Assembly (NCBI GenBank): GCA_002721365.1
Contig: PBKC01000092.1
Coordinates: 190 to 64,189, forward strand
Reading direction: 5' to 3'
Length of the DNA stretch: 64,000 nt
Origin: Rhodospirillaceae bacterium
GTDB taxonomy: Bacteria; Pseudomonadota; Alphaproteobacteria; GCA-2721365
Shown one piece after another: positions 56,466 to 64,000 of the stretch. The first letter of the stretch is position 1. Each line of letters starts with the position of its first letter. Under the pieces are notes generated by a model that searched no databases, was not told where the DNA came from, and was given only the letters and a program-made list of their open reading frames with translations. Position numbers and translations under genes: made by a program.

Positions 56466-57395
56466 ATGCATATTCGCGTTCTCGGCGCCGCCGCCGGCGG
56501 GGGCTATCCGCAGTGGAACTGTAATCACCCCAACAGCCGGCGCGCCCGGTCGAAGGACCCCGCCGCGAGGCAGCGCACGCAGTCGTCGATCGCGGTGAGC
56601 GCGGACGGCGTCGACTGGTTCCTGTTCAACGCCTCACCCGACCTTCGTCAGCAGATCAACGACAACGATGTCCTGCATCCCAAGGACGGCCTGCGCCACA
56701 GCCCGATCAAGGGCGTGGTGCTGACCAATGCCGACGTCGACCATGTCGCCGGCCTGCTGAACCTGCGGGAGTCCCAGCCGCTGGAACTCTACGCCACCAG
56801 CCGGGTGATCCAGGTTCTGCAGAACAACACCATCTTCAACGTCCTCAATCCGCAGTTCGTCGATCGCCACCCGATCAAGCTCGACGAGCCGGTGTCGTTG
56901 AAGAAGCCCGATGGCAGTGACAGCGGCATCGTCGTGGTGCCCTTCGCGGTGCCGGGCAAGGTGGCGCTGTGGCTGGAGGATGCGAGCAAGGGGCCTGATT
57001 TCGGCTCGGTCGAGGAAGACACCATCGCGCTGGAGGTCCGCAACGCCGAGGGCCAGACGGTCTTCTTCTACATCCCCGGCTGCGCCAGGGTGCCGGACGA
57101 ACTGGCGGACCGCCTGCGCGGTGCACCGCTGGTGTTCTTCGACGGCACCCTGTGGGTCGACGACGAGATGATCCGCTCGAACGTCGGCGTGAAGACGGGC
57201 AAGCGCATGGGCCATATGAGCGTATCCGGCGAGGACGGCACCATCGCCGCGTTCCGCGACCTCGGCATTGATCGCAAGATCTTTATCCACATCAATACGA
57301 CCAACCCGATCCTGCTGGAGGATTCGCCCGAGCGCGCCGCGGTTACCGAGGCGGGTTGGGAAGTCGCTTACGACGGCATGGAGATACGGGTATGA
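56466..57395 (+). CDS. pqqB: PQQ biosynthesis protein PqqB (MBL-fold)
   Basis: HIRVLGAAAGGGYPQWNCN...NADVDHVAGL is a PqqB signature. Confidence 0.9.
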   Translation: MHIRVLGAAAGGGYPQWNCNHPNSRRARSKDPAARQRTQSSIAVSADGVDWFLFNASPDLRQQINDNDVLHPKDGLRHSPIKGVVLTNADVDHVAGLLNLRESQPLELYATSRVIQVLQNNTIFNVLNPQFVDRHPIKLDEPVSLKKPDGSDSGIVVVPFAVPGKVALWLEDASKGPDFGSVEEDTIALEVRNAEGQTVFFYIPGCARVPDELADRLRGAPLVFFDGTLWVDDEMIRSNVGVKTGKRMGHMSVSGEDGTIAAFRDLGIDRKIFIHINTTNPILLEDSPERAAVTEAGWEVAYDGMEIRV

Positions 57396-58174
57396 CCTTC
57401 GCTGTTCCCCTGGTCGACGAATCGGCCACCGCGGCCGGTAAGGAGCCGCTGACCGAGGATGAATTCCTCGCAGCCCTGATGAAGATCGGCGAAGAGCGCT
57501 ATCACAGCCTCCACCCGTTCCATAAGCTGCTGCACGGCGGCAAGCTGAACTACGGCCAGGTGCAGGCCTGGGCGGTGAACCGCTTCTATTACCAGCTCAG
57601 CATCCCGCGGAAGGACGCGGCGCTGATCTCCAGGCTTCACGACCACAAGCTCCGCCGCCTGTGGCGCAGCCGGATCATCGATCATGACGGCGACGAGCAG
57701 AACGAAGGCGGCATCGAGCGCTTCCTGCATCTGACCGACGCGCTGGGCCTCGACCGCGAGTACATCCTCTCGACCCGCGGCATCCTGCCCGGCACCCGCT
57801 TCGCGGTCGAGGCCTACGTCAACTTCGTCCGCGAGCGATCCATCCTCGAGGCGATTGCCTCGTCACTCACCGAACTGTTCGCGCCCGCGATTCACGAGGA
57901 ACGCATTGCCGGCTTGCTGAAGCATTACGACTTCGCCAACGACGTGACGCTCTCCTATTTCCGCAAGCGCCTGACCGAGGCCCGCCAGGACGTCGAGTTC
58001 GGCCGTGCCTACGTGCTGACCCACGCCAAGACCCGCGACCAGCAGGAAGCGGTGCTGAACGCGGTGCGCTTCAAGACCGACGTGCTGTGGTCGCAGCTCG
58101 ACGCGCTGCACTTCGCCTATGTCGAGCCGGCGTTGATCCCCCCCGGCGCCTTCGTGCCCGAGGATCGCAAGTGA
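57392..58174 (+). CDS. pqqC: Pyrroloquinoline-quinone synthase PqqC
   Basis: PqqC motifs (HPFHKLLHGGKLNYGQVQAWAVNRFYYQ). The ATG overlaps the pqqB stop. Confidence 0.9.
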   Translation: MTFAVPLVDESATAAGKEPLTEDEFLAALMKIGEERYHSLHPFHKLLHGGKLNYGQVQAWAVNRFYYQLSIPRKDAALISRLHDHKLRRLWRSRIIDHDGDEQNEGGIERFLHLTDALGLDREYILSTRGILPGTRFAVEAYVNFVRERSILEAIASSLTELFAPAIHEERIAGLLKHYDFANDVTLSYFRKRLTEARQDVEFGRAYVLTHAKTRDQQEAVLNAVRFKTDVLWSQLDALHFAYVEPALIPPGAFVPEDRK

Positions 58175-58458
58175 GCGAACGCACCATCCTCACCGAGGAC
58201 AGCGTTCCCAAGCTGCCCCGCCACGCCAAGCTGCGCTTCGACAAGCCGCGCGACAAGTGGATCATCCTCGCGCCCGAGCGGGTGTTCGAGCTCGATCCGA
58301 TCGCGTCCGAAGTCGTCAGATTGTGCGACGGCAGCAAACCCGTGAACGAGGTGGTCGACACCCTGGCCGCCAAGTACGAGGCCCCGCGCGACGTCATCGC
58401 CAAGGACGTCATCGACATGCTGCAGGGCCTCGCAGACAAGGGATTCGTAGTGACATGA
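58171..58458 (+). CDS. pqqD: PqqD peptide chaperone
   Basis: PqqD-like (WIILAPERVFELDPIASEVVRLCDGSKPVNEVVDTLAAKY). The GTG start overlaps the pqqC stop. Confidence 0.85.
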   Translation: MSERTILTEDSVPKLPRHAKLRFDKPRDKWIILAPERVFELDPIASEVVRLCDGSKPVNEVVDTLAAKYEAPRDVIAKDVIDMLQGLADKGFVVT

Positions 58459-59597
58459 ACGACATGACACTGGTTGCCGACAAGCCCGAGACCAAGCCGG
58501 CGAAGAAGGCGGTCGGCGTTCCCTACGCGGTGCTGGCGGAGCTCACCCACCGCTGCCCGCTGCAGTGCCCCTACTGCTCGAACCCGGTCGAGCTGGAGCG
58601 CGCGGGGAACGAGATCGACACCGAGACCTGGAAGCGCGTCATCGACGAGGCCGAGGCGATGGGCATCCTGCATGTCCACTTCTCGGGCGGCGAGCCGACC
58701 GTGCGGAAGGACCTCGAGGAGCTGGTGGCCCACGCCGCCGAGCGCGGTCTCTACACCAACCTCATCACCTCGGCTGTCCTGCTGGACGAGAAACGCCTGA
58801 TGGGCCTTCGCGACGCCGGTCTCGACCACGTCCAGATCAGCTTCCAGGGCACCGACGCCGATCTCGCCAACCGCGTCGCCGGCTTCAAGGGCCACGCCAA
58901 GAAGCTCGAAGTCGCGCGGCTGGTCCGCAAGGCCGGCCTGCCGCTCACCGTCAACGCGGTGATGCATCGGCAGAACCTGCACCAGCTCCGCTCGATGATC
59001 GACATGGCGGTCGAGCTGGATGCCGAGCGGCTGGAGGTCGCCCAGGTCCAGTACTACGGCTGGGCGCTCAAGAACCGCGACGCCTTCCTGCCGACCCGCG
59101 AGCAGCTCGACGAGGCGACCGCCATCGTCGAGGAAGCGCGCGTGCGCCTGAAAGGCATCCTCGCCATCGACTACGTCGTTCCCGACTACTACGCCCAGCG
59201 ACCGAAGTCGTGCATGGGCGGCTGGGGGCGCCAGTTCCTGAACATCACCCCGGCCGGCAAGGTGCTGCCCTGCCACGCCGCCGAGTCGATCCCCTCGCTC
59301 GAGTTCGACAACGTCAAGGACAAGAGCCTCGCCTGGATCTGGGAGAACTCCTCGGCGTTCAACAAGTATCGCGGCACCGACTGGATGCCGGAGCCTTGCC
59401 AGTCCTGCGACCGCCGCGAGATCGACTGGGGCGGCTGCCGCTGCCAGGCCTTCGCGCTGACGGGCGACGCCGGCAACACCGACCCGGCCTGCGCCAAGTC
59501 GCCGCAACGCGACGTCCTTCGCGATCCGCTGGAGGCCGCGCGGACCATCGACGAAAACGACCTGCCGGACTTCGTCTACCGCCGCATCGGGGGATAA
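58455..59597 (+). CDS. pqqE: Radical SAM PQQ biosynthesis enzyme PqqE (with SPASM domain)
   Basis: CPLQCPYC radical-SAM cluster motif. C-terminal SPASM Cys (CMGGWG...CHAA...CQSCDRRE...GGCRCQA). The ATG overlaps the pqqD stop. Confidence 0.9.
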   Translation: MNDMTLVADKPETKPAKKAVGVPYAVLAELTHRCPLQCPYCSNPVELERAGNEIDTETWKRVIDEAEAMGILHVHFSGGEPTVRKDLEELVAHAAERGLYTNLITSAVLLDEKRLMGLRDAGLDHVQISFQGTDADLANRVAGFKGHAKKLEVARLVRKAGLPLTVNAVMHRQNLHQLRSMIDMAVELDAERLEVAQVQYYGWALKNRDAFLPTREQLDEATAIVEEARVRLKGILAIDYVVPDYYAQRPKSCMGGWGRQFLNITPAGKVLPCHAAESIPSLEFDNVKDKSLAWIWENSSAFNKYRGTDWMPEPCQSCDRREIDWGGCRCQAFALTGDAGNTDPACAKSPQRDVLRDPLEAARTIDENDLPDFVYRRIGG

Positions 59598-59933
59598 CGC
59601 GAAGTCACGTCTCTGACGAGCGGACGAGCAGGCAGGGGCCTCGGGCAAGCTGTCCGAGCCTTCTGCCTCTCTTGCTTCACCTCGTCCCCTCGGCCCTCCG
59701 TTGCATCGTTCCCGCGAAGGCGGGAACCCATTGCGAAACGCGGAAGCATCTTGGATCAGGCTCCGGAGCATGCCGCTGGGTGCCTGCCTGCGCGGGCTCG
59801 ATGGCTGAGGGAGCCCCGAAGCTCAGTGAAAATCGGCCATACGGCTCCTGTTTACCCCGCCATCCCTCAACACCGCTTGCCCGCCCCCCCACGGCTGTCG
59901 CTAGAATAGCGAGTTGGAAACCAGTCCCGAGGC

Positions 59934-60788
59934 ATGGCGACAATGGCTTCTCCATCACCCGATCGCGAAGAGCAGGCGAACGACTGGCAGCAGCGCGCGC
60001 CCGCCTGGACGCGCTGGGCCGGCACGATGGAGCGGATGGCGGACCGCTTCAATCAGCCGCTGCTCGACGCGGCTGGAATCGCCGACGGTCAGACGGTGCT
60101 GGATCTCGCATCCGGCGCCGGGGAGCCTGCGCTCAGCATCGCTCGCCGCGTCGGTCCCTCAGGCCACGTGACCGCTACGGACCTCGTCCCTGAAATGCTG
60201 GACGGGATCGAACGACGGGCTCAAGCGGCGAACCTCTCGAATCTATCGGTCCGCGAAAGTGATATGCAGGCGCTTCCGTTCGAAGACGAAAGCTTCGACC
60301 GTGTCGTCTGCCGATTCGGAATCATGTTCAGCCCGGACGAGGGCAAGGCCCTTTCGGAGGCCCTGCGGGTGCTGAAGCCCGGTGGACGGGCCGCATATAT
60401 GGTTTGGGGCCCCCTGGAAGACACGACGGTGTTCGTGGTGTTGCAGTCGACCGTGCGCCGCTTTCTGGGCGACCAGTCGCCACCGGCCGCCCTGCCGCAG
60501 TTCCGCTTCGGCCCGGCCGGGAGCCTCGCTTCGGTATTCGAAGCCGCGGGCTTCACCGATGTCGCCGAGCAGGAGCTCCGCTTCCACCCGCGTCCCGAAG
60601 CCGGCAGCGGGTTCTGGCGGCCGCAGCTCGACATGTCGTTCGGCCACCGCATTCGCCATCTCTCTTCGGAGGAACGTCAGGCGCTCGACGCGACCATCGA
60701 CAACGCATTCGAGATGTACCGGGAGGACGACGTTTACCGTCTGACCGCCCACATCCGCATCGTCACGGGCGACAAGGCGAAAGAGTAG
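59934..60788 (+). CDS. Class I SAM-dependent methyltransferase
   Basis: Motif I VLDLASGAGEP. Post-I acidic residue. Motif LKPGGRAAY. Confidence 0.8.
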   Translation: MATMASPSPDREEQANDWQQRAPAWTRWAGTMERMADRFNQPLLDAAGIADGQTVLDLASGAGEPALSIARRVGPSGHVTATDLVPEMLDGIERRAQAANLSNLSVRESDMQALPFEDESFDRVVCRFGIMFSPDEGKALSEALRVLKPGGRAAYMVWGPLEDTTVFVVLQSTVRRFLGDQSPPAALPQFRFGPAGSLASVFEAAGFTDVAEQELRFHPRPEAGSGFWRPQLDMSFGHRIRHLSSEERQALDATIDNAFEMYREDDVYRLTAHIRIVTGDKAKE

Positions 60789-60833
60789 AAGGCACCTCAC
60801 GCCCCTTCCGGCAGACAGCGGGGAGAGCGCGCC

Positions 60834-62783
60834 CTAGCCGGTCATCCGCGACCGCGGCAGCACTTCCTTGGCCAGATCCTCGTCTTCGGCCTCGTGCATC
60901 CCCGCATCGAGCGCGCCGGCAAGTTCGTCGGTCGCCGCTTCGTCGTCGCCGGCTTGCTGGCGCTGCCACATCCTGGCGTAGACTCCGTCCTTGGCCATCA
61001 ACGCCCCGTGCCGGCCATGCTCGATGATCCGCCCCGCTTCCATCACCAGGATCTCGTCCGCATCGACCACGGTCGACAGGCGGTGGGCGATGATCAGGGT
61101 CGTGTGGTTGCGCGAAACCTCGCGGAGATTCGCCTGGATCAGCCGCTCGGTCTGGGTGTCGAGCGCCGACGTCGCCTCGTCGAACAGCATGATCCGCGGC
61201 TTCTTCAGCAGCATGCGGGCGATCGCCACCCGCTGCTTCTCACCGCCCGAGAGCTTCAGTCCACGTTCGCCGACGCGCGCCTCGTAGCCGTCCGGAAGGC
61301 TTTCGATGAAGTCGTGAATGCGGGCGAGACGCGCCGCCTGTTTCACCTCCTCGAAGCTGGCATCGGGGCGGCCATAGGCGATGTTATAGGCAATGGTGTC
61401 GTTGAACAGGACCGTGTCCTGCGGAACGATGCCAATCGCCGATCGCAACGATTCCTGCGTGACGTCGCGGATGTCGGCACCGTCGATCCGCACCGCGCCC
61501 TCCGTCACGTCGTAGAATCGGAACAGGAGCCGCGAGATCGTCGACTTGCCCGCCCCGCTCGGCCCCACCACCGCGACGGTCTTGCCGGGCGGAACCCGGA
61601 AGTCGACGTCGTGGAGGATCTGCCGTTTGGGGTCGTAGCGAAAATCAACATGCTCGAACACGACCTCGCCACCGCCTTGCGGCAAAGGCCGGGTGTCCGG
61701 CCGGTCGACGACCTCGGCCGGCTGATCGAGCAGCGAGACCATGTTCTCCATGTCGACCAGCGACTGCTTGATCTGGCGGTAGACCATGCCCAGGAAGTTG
61801 AGCGGCTGGTAGAGCTGCAGAAGGAAGGCGTTGACCAGCACGAAATCGCCGACGGTCATCGACCCGCCGACAACGCCCCGCGCCGCCATCAGCATGACGC
61901 CCGTGACGCCCACCGCAATGATCCCCGCCTGACCGATGTTCAGCATCGCGAGGCTGGTCTCGCTCTTCACCGCCGCTTTCTCGTAGCGGGCCAGCGACTT
62001 GTCGAACCGCTTCGCCTCGTGGGCCTCGTTGCCGAAATACTTGACGGTCTCGTAGTTCAGCAGACTGTCGATCGCACGGGTATGGGCCTCGTTGTCGGTC
62101 TCGTTCATCACCCGGCGGTATTTGATCCGCCATTCGGTGACCGCGAAGGTGAAGACGATGTAGACGACGATGGTCCCGAACGTCACCGCGGCGAACCACA
62201 CCTCGTAGCGCACCAGGAGGATGCCGCAGACCAGGAATATCTCGAGCAGCGTCGGCAGGACGTTGAACAGCATGAAGGAGAGCAGGAACTCGATCCCCTT
62301 CGATCCACGCTCGATCGCGCGGCTGACGCCGCCGGTCTGTCGTTCGAGATGGAAGCGGAGCGCCAGCCCATGGAGATGGCGGAAAGTCTTGAGCGCCAGC
62401 GACCGCACCGAATGCTGCGCGACCTTGGCGAACAGGGCGTCCCGAAGCTCGCCGAAGGCGCCGGAGCCTACGCGTGCAATGCCGTAGGCCAGGATCATAC
62501 CCACCGGCACCGCCAGCAGCGTCTTCGTGTCGACGCTCAGCGCATCGACGGCGTCCTTGAGGAACAGCGGCACCTGGACGTTGATGACCTTCGCCGCGAT
62601 CAGCATGACGACCGCGGCCGCGACCCGTGCCTTGAGGTCCAGTCGTCCCTTCGGCCACAGATAGGGAGCCAGCGCGCGAAGCGCGGTAAGGTCTCCCTTC
62701 AGCGACCCTCGGGTCGCGTCGGACCGTGGCGCGGTTGACTGGGCTAAAGGCATCGGATGCTTCGCAAAAAATGCCGCCGCCAT
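60834..62783 (-). CDS. ABCB-type exporter (fused TMD-NBD; Atm1/heavy-metal-tolerance-like)
   Basis: 6-TM domain plus an NBD with Walker A GPSGAGKST, signature LSGGEKQRVAIAR, Walker B IMLFDEATSALD. The antisense ORF 60894-62738 is rejected. Confidence 0.8.
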   Translation of the reverse strand: MAAAFFAKHPMPLAQSTAPRSDATRGSLKGDLTALRALAPYLWPKGRLDLKARVAAAVVMLIAAKVINVQVPLFLKDAVDALSVDTKTLLAVPVGMILAYGIARVGSGAFGELRDALFAKVAQHSVRSLALKTFRHLHGLALRFHLERQTGGVSRAIERGSKGIEFLLSFMLFNVLPTLLEIFLVCGILLVRYEVWFAAVTFGTIVVYIVFTFAVTEWRIKYRRVMNETDNEAHTRAIDSLLNYETVKYFGNEAHEAKRFDKSLARYEKAAVKSETSLAMLNIGQAGIIAVGVTGVMLMAARGVVGGSMTVGDFVLVNAFLLQLYQPLNFLGMVYRQIKQSLVDMENMVSLLDQPAEVVDRPDTRPLPQGGGEVVFEHVDFRYDPKRQILHDVDFRVPPGKTVAVVGPSGAGKSTISRLLFRFYDVTEGAVRIDGADIRDVTQESLRSAIGIVPQDTVLFNDTIAYNIAYGRPDASFEEVKQAARLARIHDFIESLPDGYEARVGERGLKLSGGEKQRVAIARMLLKKPRIMLFDEATSALDTQTERLIQANLREVSRNHTTLIIAHRLSTVVDADEILVMEAGRIIEHGRHGALMAKDGVYARMWQRQQAGDDEAATDELAGALDAGMHEAEDEDLAKEVLPRSRMTG

Positions 62784-62860
62784 CGTCGGACGGCGGCGGG
62801 CTCTAAACGTCTAGATAGCTATCGGTGACCCGATTCCAAGCGGGCCGGGACTCCGCGTCC

Positions 62861-63994
62861 TCAACCTTCCTGATCGGGAAGGACGAAGACCTGGCCGGGA
62901 TAGATCAAGTCCGGGTCACCGATCTGATAGGCGTTGGCGTCGTAGATCAGGGTGTACTGAACCCCCTTGCCGTAGACGTTGCGGGCGATGCGCCACAGGC
63001 TGTTGCCGGGCTGTACGATCACCACGCCCTCGCGCGTAATCGGACGCGCCATATCGGCCTGGGAAAATGGCGTTTCGATACGCGAGATCACCTTGCCGTT
63101 GGTGTCGATCTGATCGACGCGAAGCTGATGCATACCGGCCGGAATCGCCTCCATGGGCCGGATTCGCCAGCGTCCGTTTTCCGCCGTCTGAGCGCGGCCG
63201 ATGAACTTGTTGTCGAGATAGGCATCGATCGTGCTGTGCGGTTGGGCCTTGCCCGAGAAGTCCAGACGCCCGCTCTCGTCGTAGTCGATCGTCTCGAGGG
63301 TCAGCCCCGCCGCGCCTTCCAGGCCGCGTTCCGGTCCGCCGAACTGAAGCAGCCGGCTCGGTCCGGTGCCGTCGCGCGGCACCTCCACGGCTATCACCGG
63401 TGCCGCGCCGGTCACATTGGCTTCGGTCTGCTGACGCTCGGGCACGACCATGACCACGACATCCTTAGAGGCGACCGGCGTCTGACCCGAAAGCTCGGAA
63501 ACGATGCCGAGTTCCCTCGATCCGGGCTCCAGCGGCGCATCGGGCAGGATCACCCATTCGCCGCGCCGATCCGCGACAGCTTCGCCGATCACATGGTCAC
63601 CCGCGTTGACCGAGACATTGGCCCCCGGCTCCGCGCGCCCGGCAAACACGGCGCCGCCATCGGGACCGACGCGCACGACATCGAAGCTCGGCGAAGGCGC
63701 TTCGGGTTGATCGGCCGGACTCGCATCCGCCACATCCATCGCCTCGGCTTCGTCGGCAACGCCAGCCGCCATTCGGTCGCCTTCATCCGCCGCAGAGTCA
63801 TCCCGCGAGATTCCGGCCGCGGTCTCCGCGACATCTGGCGTCGTTTCCCGGAGCCTCTCTCCGTTCGCCCGGCTCGGCTCCTCCACCGGTGCTTCGGCGT
63901 GCTCGACCGGCGGTACCGGCGAAGGCGCGTCTTCGGCAGCGACCGTCGCCGTCTCGGTTCCGGCTGCGGGAGGTTCCGCGCCATCGGCCGGCAC
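62861..63994 (-). CDS. LysM-domain protein (partial; N-terminus probably beyond the window end)
   Basis: C-terminal LysM (VVIVQPGNSLWRIARNVYGKGVQYTLIYDANAYQIGDPDLIYPGQVFVLP). The apparent start at 63994 is a GTG at the window edge. Confidence 0.55.
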   Translation of the reverse strand: MPADGAEPPAAGTETATVAAEDAPSPVPPVEHAEAPVEEPSRANGERLRETTPDVAETAAGISRDDSAADEGDRMAAGVADEAEAMDVADASPADQPEAPSPSFDVVRVGPDGGAVFAGRAEPGANVSVNAGDHVIGEAVADRRGEWVILPDAPLEPGSRELGIVSELSGQTPVASKDVVVMVVPERQQTEANVTGAAPVIAVEVPRDGTGPSRLLQFGGPERGLEGAAGLTLETIDYDESGRLDFSGKAQPHSTIDAYLDNKFIGRAQTAENGRWRIRPMEAIPAGMHQLRVDQIDTNGKVISRIETPFSQADMARPITREGVVIVQPGNSLWRIARNVYGKGVQYTLIYDANAYQIGDPDLIYPGQVFVLPDQEG

Positions 63995-64000
63995 CGTACC

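Noticed and set aside
60894-62738. 614-aa plus-strand ORF opposite the ABC exporter
   Set aside because: Antisense to a gene with Walker A/B and ABC signature. It is a shadow ORF.
1-64000. Search for CRISPR arrays, integrases, transposases, phage genes, toxin-antitoxin or defence-system nucleases/helicases
   Set aside because: No direct-repeat/spacer arrays, no recombinase or transposase motifs, and no large ATPase/nuclease gene pairs were seen. The window looks like a core chromosome with metabolic and stress islands, not mobile DNA. The only compositional anomalies are two short AT-rich promoter spacers (2896-3449, 27401-27629).

Overview
High-GC (about 65-70%) chromosomal segment, probably alphaproteobacterial. 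There is no sign of phage, transposase, integrase or CRISPR content. Almost every long ORF sits opposite a GC-driven antisense ORF that is a frame artefact, so calls rest on recognisable protein motifs, signal peptides, RBS context and start/stop coupling.

Content from 5' to 3':
- 1-1183: 3' end of hypE, then hypA (lacking its zinc finger) and hypB.
- 1.9-6.7 kb: an O2/redox regulatory node with an Fnr-type regulator, a FixL/FixJ-like two-component pair and a PAS-receiver protein.
- 6.8-11.7 kb: ctaG, convergent with a caa3-type cytochrome c oxidase operon (ctaC with fused cytochrome c, ctaD, ctaE, small subunit).
- 11.7-16.6 kb: a periplasmic quinoprotein island with a GlcG/DUF336-like protein, a class I cytochrome c, a PQQ-dependent alcohol/methanol dehydrogenase carrying a D-Y-D motif (possibly lanthanide type), its associated binding protein and a lipoprotein cytochrome c.
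- 16.9-20.3 kb: pqiABC.
- 20.4-25.3 kb: metabolic and regulatory genes (enolase-superfamily enzyme, FAH-family hydratase, TetR, EamA transporter, GST, DUF1330).
- 25.4-35.1 kb: a copper homeostasis island with an EnvZ/OmpR-like two-component pair, copA, copB, a CopI-like cupredoxin, a SHOCT membrane protein, a CPH-motif P1B-3 ATPase, an extraordinary Met/Gly-rich secreted protein and an RcnB-like protein.
- 35.2-40.6 kb: katE, a three-domain 2Fe-2S ferredoxin / class III nucleotide cyclase / globin fusion protein, and a D-aminoacylase.
- 40.8-43.8 kb: NMO, DUF465, CYTH and two VOC proteins.
- 43.8-49.8 kb: hmuVUTSR heme uptake, with a 31-bp perfect palindrome in the hmuR promoter.
- 50.0-53.3 kb: mscL, cspA, an NnrU-like protein and an acyl-CoA ligase.
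- 53.5-56.3 kb: a periplasmic SoxYZ-like / MBL / tandem-rhodanese set next to pqqABCDE; the 25-aa pqqA is absent from the ORF track.
- 59.9-64.0 kb: a methyltransferase, an ABCB-type exporter and a partial LysM protein.

The most interesting candidates are the Fd-cyclase-globin fusion, the Met/Gly-rich copper-island protein, the quinoprotein-associated sulfur-relay-like triad, and several sharply defined cis-elements.
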